In this document: piece after piece, positions 1-8,868 of the stretch
How positions within the stretch are numbered: the first letter of the stretch is position 1
How the letters are laid out: the number at the start of each line of letters is the position of its first letter
NCBI GenBank assembly: GCA_001464695.1
Contig: LNDQ01000116.1
Span: 6,884 to 70,883 of the forward strand
Length of the DNA: 64,000 nt
Reading direction: 5' to 3'
Origin: Betaproteobacteria bacterium Ga0077523
GTDB lineage: Bacteria; Pseudomonadota; Gammaproteobacteria; Burkholderiales; Ga0077523
Notes under the pieces: generated by a model
Seen by the model: the letters and a program-made list of their open reading frames with translations, nothing else
The model's database searches: none
What the model was told of the DNA's origin: nothing
Position numbers and translations under genes: made by a program

Positions 1-131
1 GTTGGCTGCGCCAACCTCTGCGAGGTCAATGGTGGCTCCCCTCACCCCAACCCCTCTCCCGCAGGGAGAGGGGCTTGCCGCCGCGGTTTGCCTCCCTCTC
101 CCTCCGGGAGAGGGACCGAGGGTGAGGGAAA
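1..131. repeat. Family A REP-like composite palindromic element (cut by window edge)
   Basis: Perfect hairpins cccctctccc-gca-gggagagggg (51-73) and ccctctccc-tcc-gggagaggg (94-114), followed by ggtgagggaa. The 5' module gttggctgcgccaacctc..aatggtggc recurs at 47702-47737. ORFs 2..217 and 42..386 are just translations of this repeat. Confidence 0.8.
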
Positions 132-403
132 GCTCCGTGCACCTAAGGCGCGTCGCTGAATCGCCATCGCGATCGGGTGTGAATGCGCTGGTGAATTCAC
201 CGCCCGCCGCCCGGTAATTTCGCACAAACCTCGTAAGACCGGCAGCTCCGCGGTACGGGAATTCAAGGGTGAGGGATGCGTGCATCGCAACCCTCCCGGC
301 GCGCCGGTACGGGGCAGGTTGCAGGCTTCAGCGGAAGGCTGTTGCAGGTGGCTCCCGCACCGGTGCGCGAGTGCACAAGACGCCACCCGCCACGGAGACT
401 GCG

Positions 404-1915
404 ATGATCCTCATAGCCCTCTTGCAACTGATCGCGGCCGTTGGTCGCGTTAGCTCGCCGCATTGGTCACGTACCGTCTGGCGCATCGGCATGGGAATCG
501 GCGCTGTGCCCGCACTGATGCTGGTGTCGATCGGCAGTGCCTGGTCCCAGAACATCGATGCGTTGCCGGTGTCACGCGATGGCGATCGCGTCACCGTCAC
601 CGTGCGAGTCAGCGTGGAGAACAGTCCACTGTCGCAACGAACGCTCAACTGGGCGATCGAGAATCCCCGCGAAGGCGATCGTATCGTCAGCACCTCCGGC
701 GCCACCAATGCCAACGGCGAAGCGAGCGCAGTGGTTCAGCTGGGCCCCTCACCGGGCACGCGCATCGTGGTGGCTGCGTTGCCGGTCAATATCCAGCTCG
801 CGGCGGTGGTGGTGCCGCCGCGTGTCATTCGCATCGCCATCACTAACGACGAGCAGGCGGCGGTGGACGGGCTCAAGACCTTCGTGCTGCTGCCGCAGAT
901 CGGCATCGACACCACGTTCGTGCAGATGCGCAACGTCGCGCGGCGGATTCGCGAATTGCGTTCGGGTGGACCGGCAGTCAGCATCTTCGGTAACGCGATG
1001 GCTCCGGCGGCAGGCGACATTCGCATCGTGGCCCTGTCGCAGGCCACCGACGAGGCCGCAGCGGTTGCCGCCCAGGAGGCGCTGGGCGGGCGCTTCGGCC
1101 TGTTCCTCAACGGGCAGGGCAGCTTCGGCACGCGCGACGCCACGGCGAACACGCGCGGCTACGACACTCGCACTGCCGGGTTGACCGGCGGCGTGGACTA
1201 CCGCTTCACCGACAACCTGGTCGTGGGTGCCGCCCTCGGGGCCGTGCGCGCGAAGTCTTCATTCGATGCCGACTATGGCGATGCCTCGGCAAACGGCGTG
1301 GCCGGTTCGCTCTATGGCTCGTGGTATCACGGCAAGCTCTATGTCGATTTCATCGCGACCCTGGGGATGAATCGCTACGACACGCGACGTGCAATCGGCG
1401 TCACCGATGCACTGGGCGCCACCAACGGTCGGCAGTTGGGTAGCAGCGTATCCGTCGGCTGGAACGCGAACCGCGGCGCGCTCTCGTTCGGGCCCTACGT
1501 GCGCGTCGGCTACATCCGAGTGGACGTGGACAACTTCACCGAAACCGGCAGCACCGGCAGCGAAATGGATGTCTCCCGCCAGGCCGCCACGTCCTTGACC
1601 ACCGCACTCGGCGGGCAGGCGTCCTATGCGATCAGCCGCTCCTGGGGCGTGCTCTCGCCCAGCGTGCGCATCGAGTTCGAGCGCGAACAGCGGCAGGCCG
1701 TCCGTGAGTTGAGTGGCAGCCTCGTGGCCGATCCGATCCGCACGCTGTTCGCCATTCCGACCGACACGCCCGACAAGACCTATTTCAACGTCGGGGCCGG
1801 TCTTGCGGCGCAGTTCGCCAATGGCCGCGCGGCGTTCATCCAGTACGAAGGCATGTACGGCCGGGCGCAGATGACCAATCACGCCGTGGTGGTCGGCGGC
1901 CGCGTGGAGTTCTGA
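404..1915 (+). CDS. Autotransporter (type Va) outer membrane protein with short passenger
   Basis: The C-terminal ~270 aa show alternating beta-strand pattern typical of the autotransporter beta-domain (TAGLTGGVDYRF..VVGAALG..YVRVGY..) and end in ..VVVGGRVEF with a terminal Phe. The N-terminus is hydrophobic and signal-like (MILIALLQLIAAVG.. / MGIGAVPALMLVSIGSAWSQ). The start is uncertain (404 or about 491); the ORF opens at 269. Confidence 0.8.
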   Translation: MILIALLQLIAAVGRVSSPHWSRTVWRIGMGIGAVPALMLVSIGSAWSQNIDALPVSRDGDRVTVTVRVSVENSPLSQRTLNWAIENPREGDRIVSTSGATNANGEASAVVQLGPSPGTRIVVAALPVNIQLAAVVVPPRVIRIAITNDEQAAVDGLKTFVLLPQIGIDTTFVQMRNVARRIRELRSGGPAVSIFGNAMAPAAGDIRIVALSQATDEAAAVAAQEALGGRFGLFLNGQGSFGTRDATANTRGYDTRTAGLTGGVDYRFTDNLVVGAALGAVRAKSSFDADYGDASANGVAGSLYGSWYHGKLYVDFIATLGMNRYDTRRAIGVTDALGATNGRQLGSSVSVGWNANRGALSFGPYVRVGYIRVDVDNFTETGSTGSEMDVSRQAATSLTTALGGQASYAISRSWGVLSPSVRIEFEREQRQAVRELSGSLVADPIRTLFAIPTDTPDKTYFNVGAGLAAQFANGRAAFIQYEGMYGRAQMTNHAVVVGGRVEF

Positions 1916-1917
1916 CG

Positions 1918-3549
1918 ATGCGCAACATCGCGATCGCGTTCAGTATCTTCACGGCGGTACTCCTTGCCCCGTCCGTGGGCACGCAGGCTGCGGTCGAGAG
2001 CTCGACCACCGCCGACCGCTGGTTGATCGTCGACTGCCTGCTGCCGGGGCAAGTGCGCAAGCTGGGCGGGCAGATGACGTTCCTCACCCCGCGACGTCCG
2101 GTGAAGACTTCTGCCGCCGAATGCGAGATCCGAGGTGGCGAGTACATCGCCTACGACCGGGCGAATCTGTCGACGGCGCTCGGTGTCTGGCTGGCCCAGG
2201 CGAATGGCGGGGATCTGCAGGCGCAGAACTACGTCGGCGAGATTCACGAGAAGGGTCTCGGTGTCACGCCGAACTTCGAAGAGGCCGCGCGGTGGTACCG
2301 CATGGCGGCCGAGAAGGGAAACGCGCGAGCCCAGTCGAATCTCGGCTTTCTGTTCGAGCAGGGCCTGGGCGTGAAGAAGGATCTCGCGGAGGCACAGAAG
2401 TGGTATCGCAAGGCGGCGGGCTTGCCCGACGACGGTCCGATCGAAGCGCCGCGCCCGGCGACACCATCCGTCAATGCACCGGCACCGGCAGCCGGCGGCA
2501 ACGGCCCGAGCATCCAGATCATCGACCCGCCGGTGGTGCAGACGCGTGGCAATCCGACCGCCCTGGTGCGCTCCGGTCTCACGGTGCTGCCGCTGATCGG
2601 CAAGGTGACCGCACCAGGCGGCGTGATCTCGCTCACCATCAACGACCACAAGGAAACGCCGGATCGCAACGGTCTGTTCCGCACCGAGATCGCCGTGCTC
2701 GGCAAGGACACGCCGGTGAAGGTCGTGGCCGTGGATGCCGCCGGCACGCGCATCCAGACCGACTTCACGCTGGTGCCCGATCTCGACGGCACGCGCGGCC
2801 TGGCGGCACCGAAGTCGCTTTCCCTTGCGGCGCCAAAGCGTGGCTACGCGCTGCTGATCGGCAACAACGACTACCGCAAGCTGCCCAAGCTCGAGACGGC
2901 GATCGACGACGTGAAAGCCATCGCCGACGTGCTCGCCAACAGCTACGGCTATCAGGTCACGGTGATGACCAACGCGAGCCGCTACGACATCCTATCCAAG
3001 CTGAACGAATTCCGCGAGAAGCTCACCGAGAACGACAGCTTCATCCTCTACTACGCGGGCCACGGCGAGCTCGATCGCGCCAACCTGCGCGGCCATTGGC
3101 TGCCCATCGATGCGGAACCGGACAGCCCGGCGAACTGGATCTCGAACGTGGCGGTGACCGACCTGCTGAACGCCATGGCCGCGCGGCAAGCGCTGATCAT
3201 CGCCGACACCTGCTACGCTGGTGCGATGACCCGCGCCGTGTTCGAGCAACCACCGGCATCGAACCGGAAGGGCATCTGGCGCTCGCGCACGGTGTTGAGC
3301 TCCGGCGGGTTGAAGCCCGTGGTCGATGGCGAGGCCGGATCGAAGCATTCCGTCTTCGCCCAGGCGCTGCTCGACACGCTGCGCGCCAATCGCACGCCGG
3401 TCGACGGCCTGGCGCTGTATCAACGGCTCGCCGGCAACGTGGCGCGCGCGGCGATGAAACTCGGTGTCGAACAGATCCCCGAGTACGCGCCGATCCGGTT
3501 CGCGGGCCACGAGGCCGGCGACTTCCTGCTCGCACCGAGGAAGCTATGA
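1918..3549 (+). CDS. Secreted Sel1-repeat / caspase-fold (peptidase C14-like) protein
   Basis: Sec signal peptide MRNIAIAFSIFTAVLLAPSVGTQA. Two Sel1-type repeats (AQNYVGEIHEKGLGVTPNFEEAARWYRMAAEKGNARAQSNLGFLFEQGLGVKKDLAEAQKWYRKAA). C-terminal caspase-like domain GYALLIGNNDYRKLPKL..ILYYAGHGE..LIIADTCYAG with a His/Cys dyad. The ATG lies 2 nt after the upstream stop. Confidence 0.8.
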   Translation: MRNIAIAFSIFTAVLLAPSVGTQAAVESSTTADRWLIVDCLLPGQVRKLGGQMTFLTPRRPVKTSAAECEIRGGEYIAYDRANLSTALGVWLAQANGGDLQAQNYVGEIHEKGLGVTPNFEEAARWYRMAAEKGNARAQSNLGFLFEQGLGVKKDLAEAQKWYRKAAGLPDDGPIEAPRPATPSVNAPAPAAGGNGPSIQIIDPPVVQTRGNPTALVRSGLTVLPLIGKVTAPGGVISLTINDHKETPDRNGLFRTEIAVLGKDTPVKVVAVDAAGTRIQTDFTLVPDLDGTRGLAAPKSLSLAAPKRGYALLIGNNDYRKLPKLETAIDDVKAIADVLANSYGYQVTVMTNASRYDILSKLNEFREKLTENDSFILYYAGHGELDRANLRGHWLPIDAEPDSPANWISNVAVTDLLNAMAARQALIIADTCYAGAMTRAVFEQPPASNRKGIWRSRTVLSSGGLKPVVDGEAGSKHSVFAQALLDTLRANRTPVDGLALYQRLAGNVARAAMKLGVEQIPEYAPIRFAGHEAGDFLLAPRKL

Positions 3550-4329
3550 ACGCGTGATGGCGCTGTCGTGCCAGCGGCGCAGCGCGAGCCAGCCGAGCAG
3601 GCTCGCGATCAGGAACAGCACGACACCCGTCACGGTGATCAGCACCAATGCCGCGAACAGCCGCGGGATGTTGAGCTGCAGGCCCGCCTGGAGGATCTGG
3701 TAGGCGAGGCCGGAGGCGGTCCCGCCGGTACCGGCGACGAATTCCGCGACCACGGCACCGATAAGCGCGAGCCCGGTGGAGATCTTCAATCCTGCGAAGA
3801 AATAGGGCAGGGCGGTCGGCACGCGCAGCCGGACGAGCGTCTGCCACCGTGTGGCACCGTTCAATCGGAACAGATCCAGCAGCCCCGTATCCACACTCTT
3901 CAAGCCGAGCGTGGTGTTGGAGATCATCGGAAACAGCGCGACGATGGTGGCGCAGATCACCAGGGCCGGGAGCGGATCGTTCACCCAGATGATGATGAGC
4001 GGCGCGATGGCGACGATGGGCGTGACCTGCAGCAGCACGACGTACGGGAAGAGGCTCATCTCCAGCGCGCGGCTCTGGACGAAGACGAAGGCGACCACGA
4101 CGCCGATCACGATGGACGCTGTCAGTGCGAGGATCGCCACCGCGAGGGTGAACCCCAGCGAATGGAGCAACACCACCCGATCGGCCACCAGCGTCTTGGC
4201 CACCAGACACGGGCCCGGCACCAGGTACGAGGGTATTTCGAAGAAGTCCACCAACGCCTGCCAGACCACCAGGACGATGCAGCCCACGACGATGGGTGCC
4301 AGCCACTCGAAGAGTTGTGCGCGCTTCAT
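3544..4329 (-). CDS. ABC transporter permease (nitrate/sulfonate/taurine NitT-type)
   Basis: 261-aa multi-TM protein with a BPD-transporter-like loop (..LFRLNGATRWQTLVRLRVPTALPYFFAGLKIS..). ATGA overlap with the upstream ATPase gene. Confidence 0.8.
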   Translation of the reverse strand: MKRAQLFEWLAPIVVGCIVLVVWQALVDFFEIPSYLVPGPCLVAKTLVADRVVLLHSLGFTLAVAILALTASIVIGVVVAFVFVQSRALEMSLFPYVVLLQVTPIVAIAPLIIIWVNDPLPALVICATIVALFPMISNTTLGLKSVDTGLLDLFRLNGATRWQTLVRLRVPTALPYFFAGLKISTGLALIGAVVAEFVAGTGGTASGLAYQILQAGLQLNIPRLFAALVLITVTGVVLFLIASLLGWLALRRWHDSAITRS

Positions 4330-5087
4330 CGGACCCCTTCGTTCGCGGCCATGAGACTGCTCAGATGCTGGCAGCGCTTGACGAACCGGTCGGTGACGCG
4401 CAAGGCATCCGTGCGTGGGTACGGTTCGTCGATCTCGAGTTGACCGGTGATGCGTCCGGGGCGCGGTGACATGACCAGGACCCGGGTCGACAGGTAGACC
4501 GCTTCATAGATGTTGTGGGTGACGAACAGTACCGTCAGGTGGCGCTGCGCCCATAGGGCGAGCAGTTCGTCGTCCAGGCGCTCACGCGTGATCTCGTCCA
4601 GGGCGCCGAACGGCTCGTCCATCAGCAGCAGGCTCGGCTCCGTCACCAGGGCACGCGCGATCGAAACGCGCATCTGCATGCCGCCGGACAGTTCGCGCGG
4701 GTAGGCGCGGTCGAAATCGGCCAGACCGACGGTGCGCAGCGCTTCGGTCACCTTGGCATCGGCGTTCGCAACGCCTCCGAGTTCGAGCGGCAGGCGCACG
4801 TTGCGGCGTACGTCGGCCCACGGCATCAAGGTCGGGCTCTGGAAGACAAAGGCGAGCCTCGTGTCGTCGGCCCGCACGGCCGTGCCGGTGGTGGGCTCGA
4901 GCAATCCCGCTGCAAGCCGCAGCAGCGTGCTCTTGCCGCAGCCGGAGGGGCCGATGAGCGAGATGAACTCGCCGGGCGCGACCGCAAGGGTCGTCGTGCC
5001 CAGCGCCGCAACGCCGGTCGGGTAGGTGACACTCGCCTCGCGCAGCGCGACGAGTGCCTCGGGAACAGCGGCGGTTCGCTCGGTCAC
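4326..5087 (-). CDS. ABC transporter ATP-binding protein (NitT/SsuB/TauB-like)
   Basis: Walker A GPSGCGKSTLL, signature LSGGMQMRVSIARAL, Walker [13 protein letters not shown]. The ORF's N-terminal ~60 aa translate the family A repeat, so GTG 5087 (VTERTAAVPEALV..) is the proposed start. Confidence 0.8.
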   Translation of the reverse strand: MTERTAAVPEALVALREASVTYPTGVAALGTTTLAVAPGEFISLIGPSGCGKSTLLRLAAGLLEPTTGTAVRADDTRLAFVFQSPTLMPWADVRRNVRLPLELGGVANADAKVTEALRTVGLADFDRAYPRELSGGMQMRVSIARALVTEPSLLLMDEPFGALDEITRERLDDELLALWAQRHLTVLFVTHNIYEAVYLSTRVLVMSPRPGRITGQLEIDEPYPRTDALRVTDRFVKRCQHLSSLMAANEGVR

Positions 5088-5194
5088 GGTTGGGGATTGT
5101 AACGGCCCGGTCCCACGCCCGTGTGCCCCGTGCTGGAGAGAACCATGCCGCCAGTCTGCTGCTGATTGGTATCCCGGAACCGATCGGCTGTTCT

Positions 5195-5234
5195 CCCCTC
5201 TCCCTCCGGGAGAGGGGCCGGGGGTGAGGGAAAA
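5195..5234. repeat. Family A REP-like hairpin, single unit
   Basis: cccctctccc-tcc-gggagagggg followed by ccgggggtgagggaaaa, the same core as 94-130 and 47739-47778. Confidence 0.8.
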
Positions 5235-5332
5235 CGGTAGGTCCTGGGTAGGGCACGGCTGCTGAACGAGCAATGTCGGACCGTGGTAGGTTTGCCCTTT
5301 TACCGATCAACTCCACCGCGCCACCTTTCCCC

Positions 5333-6124
5333 ATGATGAAGACGCTGTTTTCACTCGAAGGCCGGACCGCACTCGTCACCGGTGGATCGCGCGGCATCGG
5401 CCGGATGATCGCCGCAGGGTTCCTCGAGTACGGTGCGAAGGTCTATATCTCCGCACGCAAGGCCGATGCGTGCGATGCCGCGGCGGCAGAACTCTCGGCC
5501 CAGGGCGGCACCTGCGTTTCGCTGCCGCAGGACCTCTCGACCGTGGCCGGTTGCAAGGCGCTCGCCGAGGCGATCGGCCGCCGCGAACCGCACCTCGACA
5601 TCCTCGTCAACAACGCCGGTGCCGCCTGGGCAGCGGACTTCGACGAGTTTCCCGAGAGCGGCTGGGACAAGGTGATGAACCTCAATGTGAAGTCGCCGTT
5701 CTTCCTGACCCAGGCGCTGCACGGCATGCTGAAGGCAGGTGCCAGCGACGAGCGGCCGTCCAAGGTCATCAACATCGCTTCCATCGACGGCATTCGCCTG
5801 AATCCGCTCGAGACGTATTCGTACCACGCGTCCAAGGCCGCGTTGATCTACCTCACGCGCCGCATGGCCGCGAAGCTGGTGGCTGATCGCATCGTCGTGA
5901 CGGGCATCGCGCCCGGACCGTTCGCTTCGGAGATGAATCGCGCGGCGCGCGACAACGCCGACCAGGTCGCAGCGCGCACGCCGCTGCGCCGCATCGGTCG
6001 GGACGAAGACATGGCGGGGGCGGCGATCTACCTGGCTTCGCGCGCCGGTGACTACGTGGTGGGTGACACCATCGCGGTGGATGGCGGGATCGCTTACGCG
6101 AATCTCACGCCGGGGCCGAGCTGA
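5333..6124 (+). CDS. SDR family oxidoreductase (RhlG / 3-oxoacyl reductase-like)
   Basis: TALVTGGSRGIGR cofactor motif, NNAG, and catalytic YxxxK (YHASKAAL). ATG 5333 (MMKTLFSLEGR) is preferred over ORF start 5273. Confidence 0.85.
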   Translation: MMKTLFSLEGRTALVTGGSRGIGRMIAAGFLEYGAKVYISARKADACDAAAAELSAQGGTCVSLPQDLSTVAGCKALAEAIGRREPHLDILVNNAGAAWAADFDEFPESGWDKVMNLNVKSPFFLTQALHGMLKAGASDERPSKVINIASIDGIRLNPLETYSYHASKAALIYLTRRMAAKLVADRIVVTGIAPGPFASEMNRAARDNADQVAARTPLRRIGRDEDMAGAAIYLASRAGDYVVGDTIAVDGGIAYANLTPGPS

Positions 6125-6313
6125 GGCCGCATCCCGCAGCCGCATGTTGTCGGTCACGGCACAAACCTGAGGGAATCCGCGATGCGCCGTCGCCTTGCGA
6201 CGACTCGATTCGTGCATTCGTGCGCGCCGTTGCCGGAACTGGAACGCATCCCGTCGTTCTGACTGCCTGCCGAGACAAGAAACCCAGGCTTGGCGCGATC
6301 AGGGAGGAATGCC

Positions 6314-6634
6314 ATGGAGAAGCCGACCGGTTTCTGTGTTGCTGCAAGCCTCACGGCGACGCAATGGGCCGCGTGCCATGAGACCATCACGACGATCCTG
6401 CGCAACGCGCCGAAGGGCTCCTGCATGCACATTCCCCCGAGCCTGACCTTCTTTCGGGCGGCGGACGGCTACTGGGCTGCCCACGACATGGTCCGGTTCT
6501 TCCGGCACAACAACATCCCGACAGTGCTGACGCCGGTCCATGGCCCTCTGGCCGTGCACCTGTCGCCGGAGCACGAAAGGACCGTGCGGTCGCTCGGCAT
6601 CGAAGTGCACAACGCATCGAACGAGATGGCGTGA
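6314..6634 (+). CDS. Hypothetical protein (no family recognised)
   Basis: 106-aa ORF from ATG 6314 (MEKPTGFCVAAS..) in an otherwise unassigned 600-bp gap. No motif recognised. Confidence 0.3.
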   Translation: MEKPTGFCVAASLTATQWAACHETITTILRNAPKGSCMHIPPSLTFFRAADGYWAAHDMVRFFRHNNIPTVLTPVHGPLAVHLSPEHERTVRSLGIEVHNASNEMA

Positions 6635-6733
6635 CGTTCGGGGCCCGCGCGGCGCTCGTTCGCCCGCAGCAGACCGCGTTTCCGTACGGCATGGCGTACG
6701 TTTCGGTCGGGGCCCTACATCTTGTTGTTTTTA

Positions 6734-6809
6734 TGGTGGGCGGTACTGGGATCGAACCAGTGACCCCTGCCGTGTGAAGGCAGTGCTCTACCGCTGAGCT
6801 AACCGCCCC
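6734..6809 (-). tRNA. tRNA-Val (anticodon CAC)
   Basis: The reverse complement GGGGCGGTTAGCTCAGCGGTAGAGCACTGCCTTCACACGGCAGGGGTCACTGGTTCGATCCCAGTACCGCCCACCA folds as a cloverleaf. Anticodon stem CTGCC/GGCAG, loop TTCACAC, encoded CCA. Confidence 0.95.
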
Positions 6810-6917
6810 GCCGAAAAGAGCGGCGGATTAGAGCACAGGGGCCGACGGCGGGTCAAACGCCGGGCGGGCGAGGGTACAATCGCGGGTTTTTCGGCCCCGG
6901 CACGCCCTTCGAGCCCC

Positions 6918-8318
6918 ATGATCCGCACCCGCTTCGCCCCCAGTCCTACGGGCTATCTCCACATCGGTGGCGCTCGCACCGCGTTGTTTTCGTGGGCGTT
7001 CGCGCGCCGGCACGGCGGTACGTTCGTGCTGCGGATCGAGGATACGGACGTGGAGCGATCCACGGCGGCGTCGACCCAGGCCATCCTCGACGCCATGGAC
7101 TGGCTTGGCCTCGACTACGACGAAGGGCCGTTCTACCAGATGCAGCGGCTCGACCGGTACCGGGAGGTCTGCGGGCAGCTCATCGCCGCGGGCAAGGCGT
7201 ACCACTGCTATGCCTCGAAGGAAGAGCTGGACGAGATGCGCGAGCAGCAGCGCGCCCGCGGCGAGAAGCCGCGCTACGACGGCCGCTGGCGGCCGGAGAA
7301 TGCCAAGGGCCGAACCCCGCCGGCCGGGGTGCCGCCCATCGTGCGCTTCCGCAACCCGGACGACGGGGTGGTGACCTGGGACGATCTGGTGAAAGGCGAG
7401 ATCAGCATCGCCAACACCGAACTGGACGATCTGGTGATCATGCGCGCCGACGGCGTCCCCACCTACAACTTCGGGGTGGTGGTGGACGACATCGACATGC
7501 GGATGACGCACATCATCCGTGGCGACGATCACGTCAACAACACGCCGCGGCAGATCAACATCTACCGGGCGCTGGGCGCTGAGGTACCGCGCTTCGGTCA
7601 CGTGCCCATGATCCTGGGCGAGGACGGCGAGCGGCTGTCCAAGCGCCATGGGGCCGTGAGCGTGATGCAGTACTTCGACGAAGGCTACCTGCCCGAGGCG
7701 ATCGACAACTACTTCGCGCGGCTCGGCTGGTCGCACGGCGACGACGAGATCTTCTCCATGAAGCAGTTCGTGGAATGGTTCGACCTCGGCCACATCAGCC
7801 GCAGCCCGGCCAAGTTCAACCCCGAGAAGCTGCTCTGGCTCAACGCTCACTACCTGAAGGCGGCGGACGACGCGCGGCTCGCGGCCCTGGCCGAGCCTTT
7901 CCTGCGCCAGGACGGCTGCGATCCGTCGAACGGTCCGGCGCTAGCCAAGGTCGTCGCCCTGCTCAAGGAGCGGGTCAGCACCATCGTCGAACTGGCCGAT
8001 GCGGCAGTGTACTTCTATCGCCGGATCGAGCCGACCGAGGCGTTGCGCGAGCAGCACTACGCTGTGGGGCTCGGTGCTGCCGTGGACGCACTTCGCGTCC
8101 GGCTGGCGAGTATCGACTGGAATCGGGTCGCCATCAGCGACAGCATGAAGGCCGTGGTGGCCGAGCGTGGGATCAAGATGCCCAAGCTCGCGATGCCCCT
8201 GCGGGTCATGGTGACCGGCGAGCCGCAGACCCCGTCCATCGATGCGGTTCTCGAGGTGCTGGGCCGCGAAACGACGCTCGCGCGCATCGACGCCGAACGC
8301 CTGCGTGTTCCCGACTGA
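6918..8318 (+). CDS. gltX: Glutamate--tRNA ligase
   Basis: [24 protein letters not shown] (HIGH motif) and KLSKRHG (KMSKS-type). 466 aa, a typical GltX length. Confidence 0.95.
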   Translation: MIRTRFAPSPTGYLHIGGARTALFSWAFARRHGGTFVLRIEDTDVERSTAASTQAILDAMDWLGLDYDEGPFYQMQRLDRYREVCGQLIAAGKAYHCYASKEELDEMREQQRARGEKPRYDGRWRPENAKGRTPPAGVPPIVRFRNPDDGVVTWDDLVKGEISIANTELDDLVIMRADGVPTYNFGVVVDDIDMRMTHIIRGDDHVNNTPRQINIYRALGAEVPRFGHVPMILGEDGERLSKRHGAVSVMQYFDEGYLPEAIDNYFARLGWSHGDDEIFSMKQFVEWFDLGHISRSPAKFNPEKLLWLNAHYLKAADDARLAALAEPFLRQDGCDPSNGPALAKVVALLKERVSTIVELADAAVYFYRRIEPTEALREQHYAVGLGAAVDALRVRLASIDWNRVAISDSMKAVVAERGIKMPKLAMPLRVMVTGEPQTPSIDAVLEVLGRETTLARIDAERLRVPD

Positions 8319-8369
8319 CTTTCCTTTACAGGGGGAGGGGCCATCCCTATAATGCGCGCCTCGTCCGGA

Positions 8370-8445
<76 letters not shown>

Positions 8446-8465
8446 CCGATGCGACAACCGACGAA

Positions 8466-8541
8466 GTCCCGTTCGTCTAGAGGCCTAGGACACTACCCTT
8501 TCACGGTAGGTACGCGGGTTCGAATCCCGCACGGGACGCCA
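8466..8541 (+). tRNA. tRNA-Glu (anticodon TTC)
   Basis: GTCCCGTTCGTCTAGAGGCCTAGGACACTACCCTTTCACGGTAGGTACGCGGGTTCGAATCCCGCACGGGACGCCA. Anticodon loop CTTTCAC. It sits directly downstream of gltX. Confidence 0.95.
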
Positions 8542-8579
8542 AAATAAGAACACCACCCATCGGGTGGTGTTCTTATTTT
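8542..8579 (+). terminator. Rho-independent terminator after tRNA-Glu
   Basis: Stem aaataagaacaccaccc / gggtggtgttcttattt with loop atc, then a T-run. Confidence 0.8.
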
Positions 8580-8720
8580 GGCTTTCCGCGCGGGTACCTC
8601 GAGAGCCCGCCGGTTCGACCAGGTCGCATGCGACCTGGGACGCCGGCACGCATGAGCGTGCTGGCGGTCCTGCGGAGCATGCTCCGCAGGATTCTTCTTC
8701 GCCTTAAGGCGAAGAAGAAC

Positions 8721-8736
8721 AATCCCGCACGGGACG
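8721..8736 (+). repeat. Direct repeat of the tRNA-Glu 3' end (att-like remnant)
   Basis: aatcccgcacgggacg is identical to tRNA-Glu positions 8523-8538. Confidence 0.75.
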
Positions 8737-8868
8737 TGGTCGCGCTCGAGTGATGTTTCGAAACGCGAGAACCCGCCGCTTCGACGACCCCCCCCCACGG
8801 AGTACGATGTCGCCCTCCAATATCCGACTGTCCGAACAGTCGGTACAACAATCAAGGAGGAGCACCCC

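Noticed and set aside
1-386. ORFs 2..217 and 42..386 at the window start, and the N-terminal 60-80 aa of ORFs 4326..5273 and 54457..55308.
   Set aside because: They are translations of family A or B palindromic repeats (PLSLRERG.., PHPNLPP.. peptides), not genuine coding sequence.
404-1915. Possibility that the gene upstream of the caspase-like protease is a bacterial gasdermin (a defence pair).
   Set aside because: The protein has a signal-like N-terminus and a canonical autotransporter beta-barrel ending in Phe. The protease itself carries a Sec signal peptide, so the pair is extracytoplasmic.
6125-6733. Unassigned 600 bp between the SDR gene and tRNA-Val, with several overlapping short ORFs.
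   Set aside because: Only one ORF (6314..6634) has a plausible start and it matches nothing I recognise. I found no structural or repeat signal, so it is listed as a low-confidence feature only.
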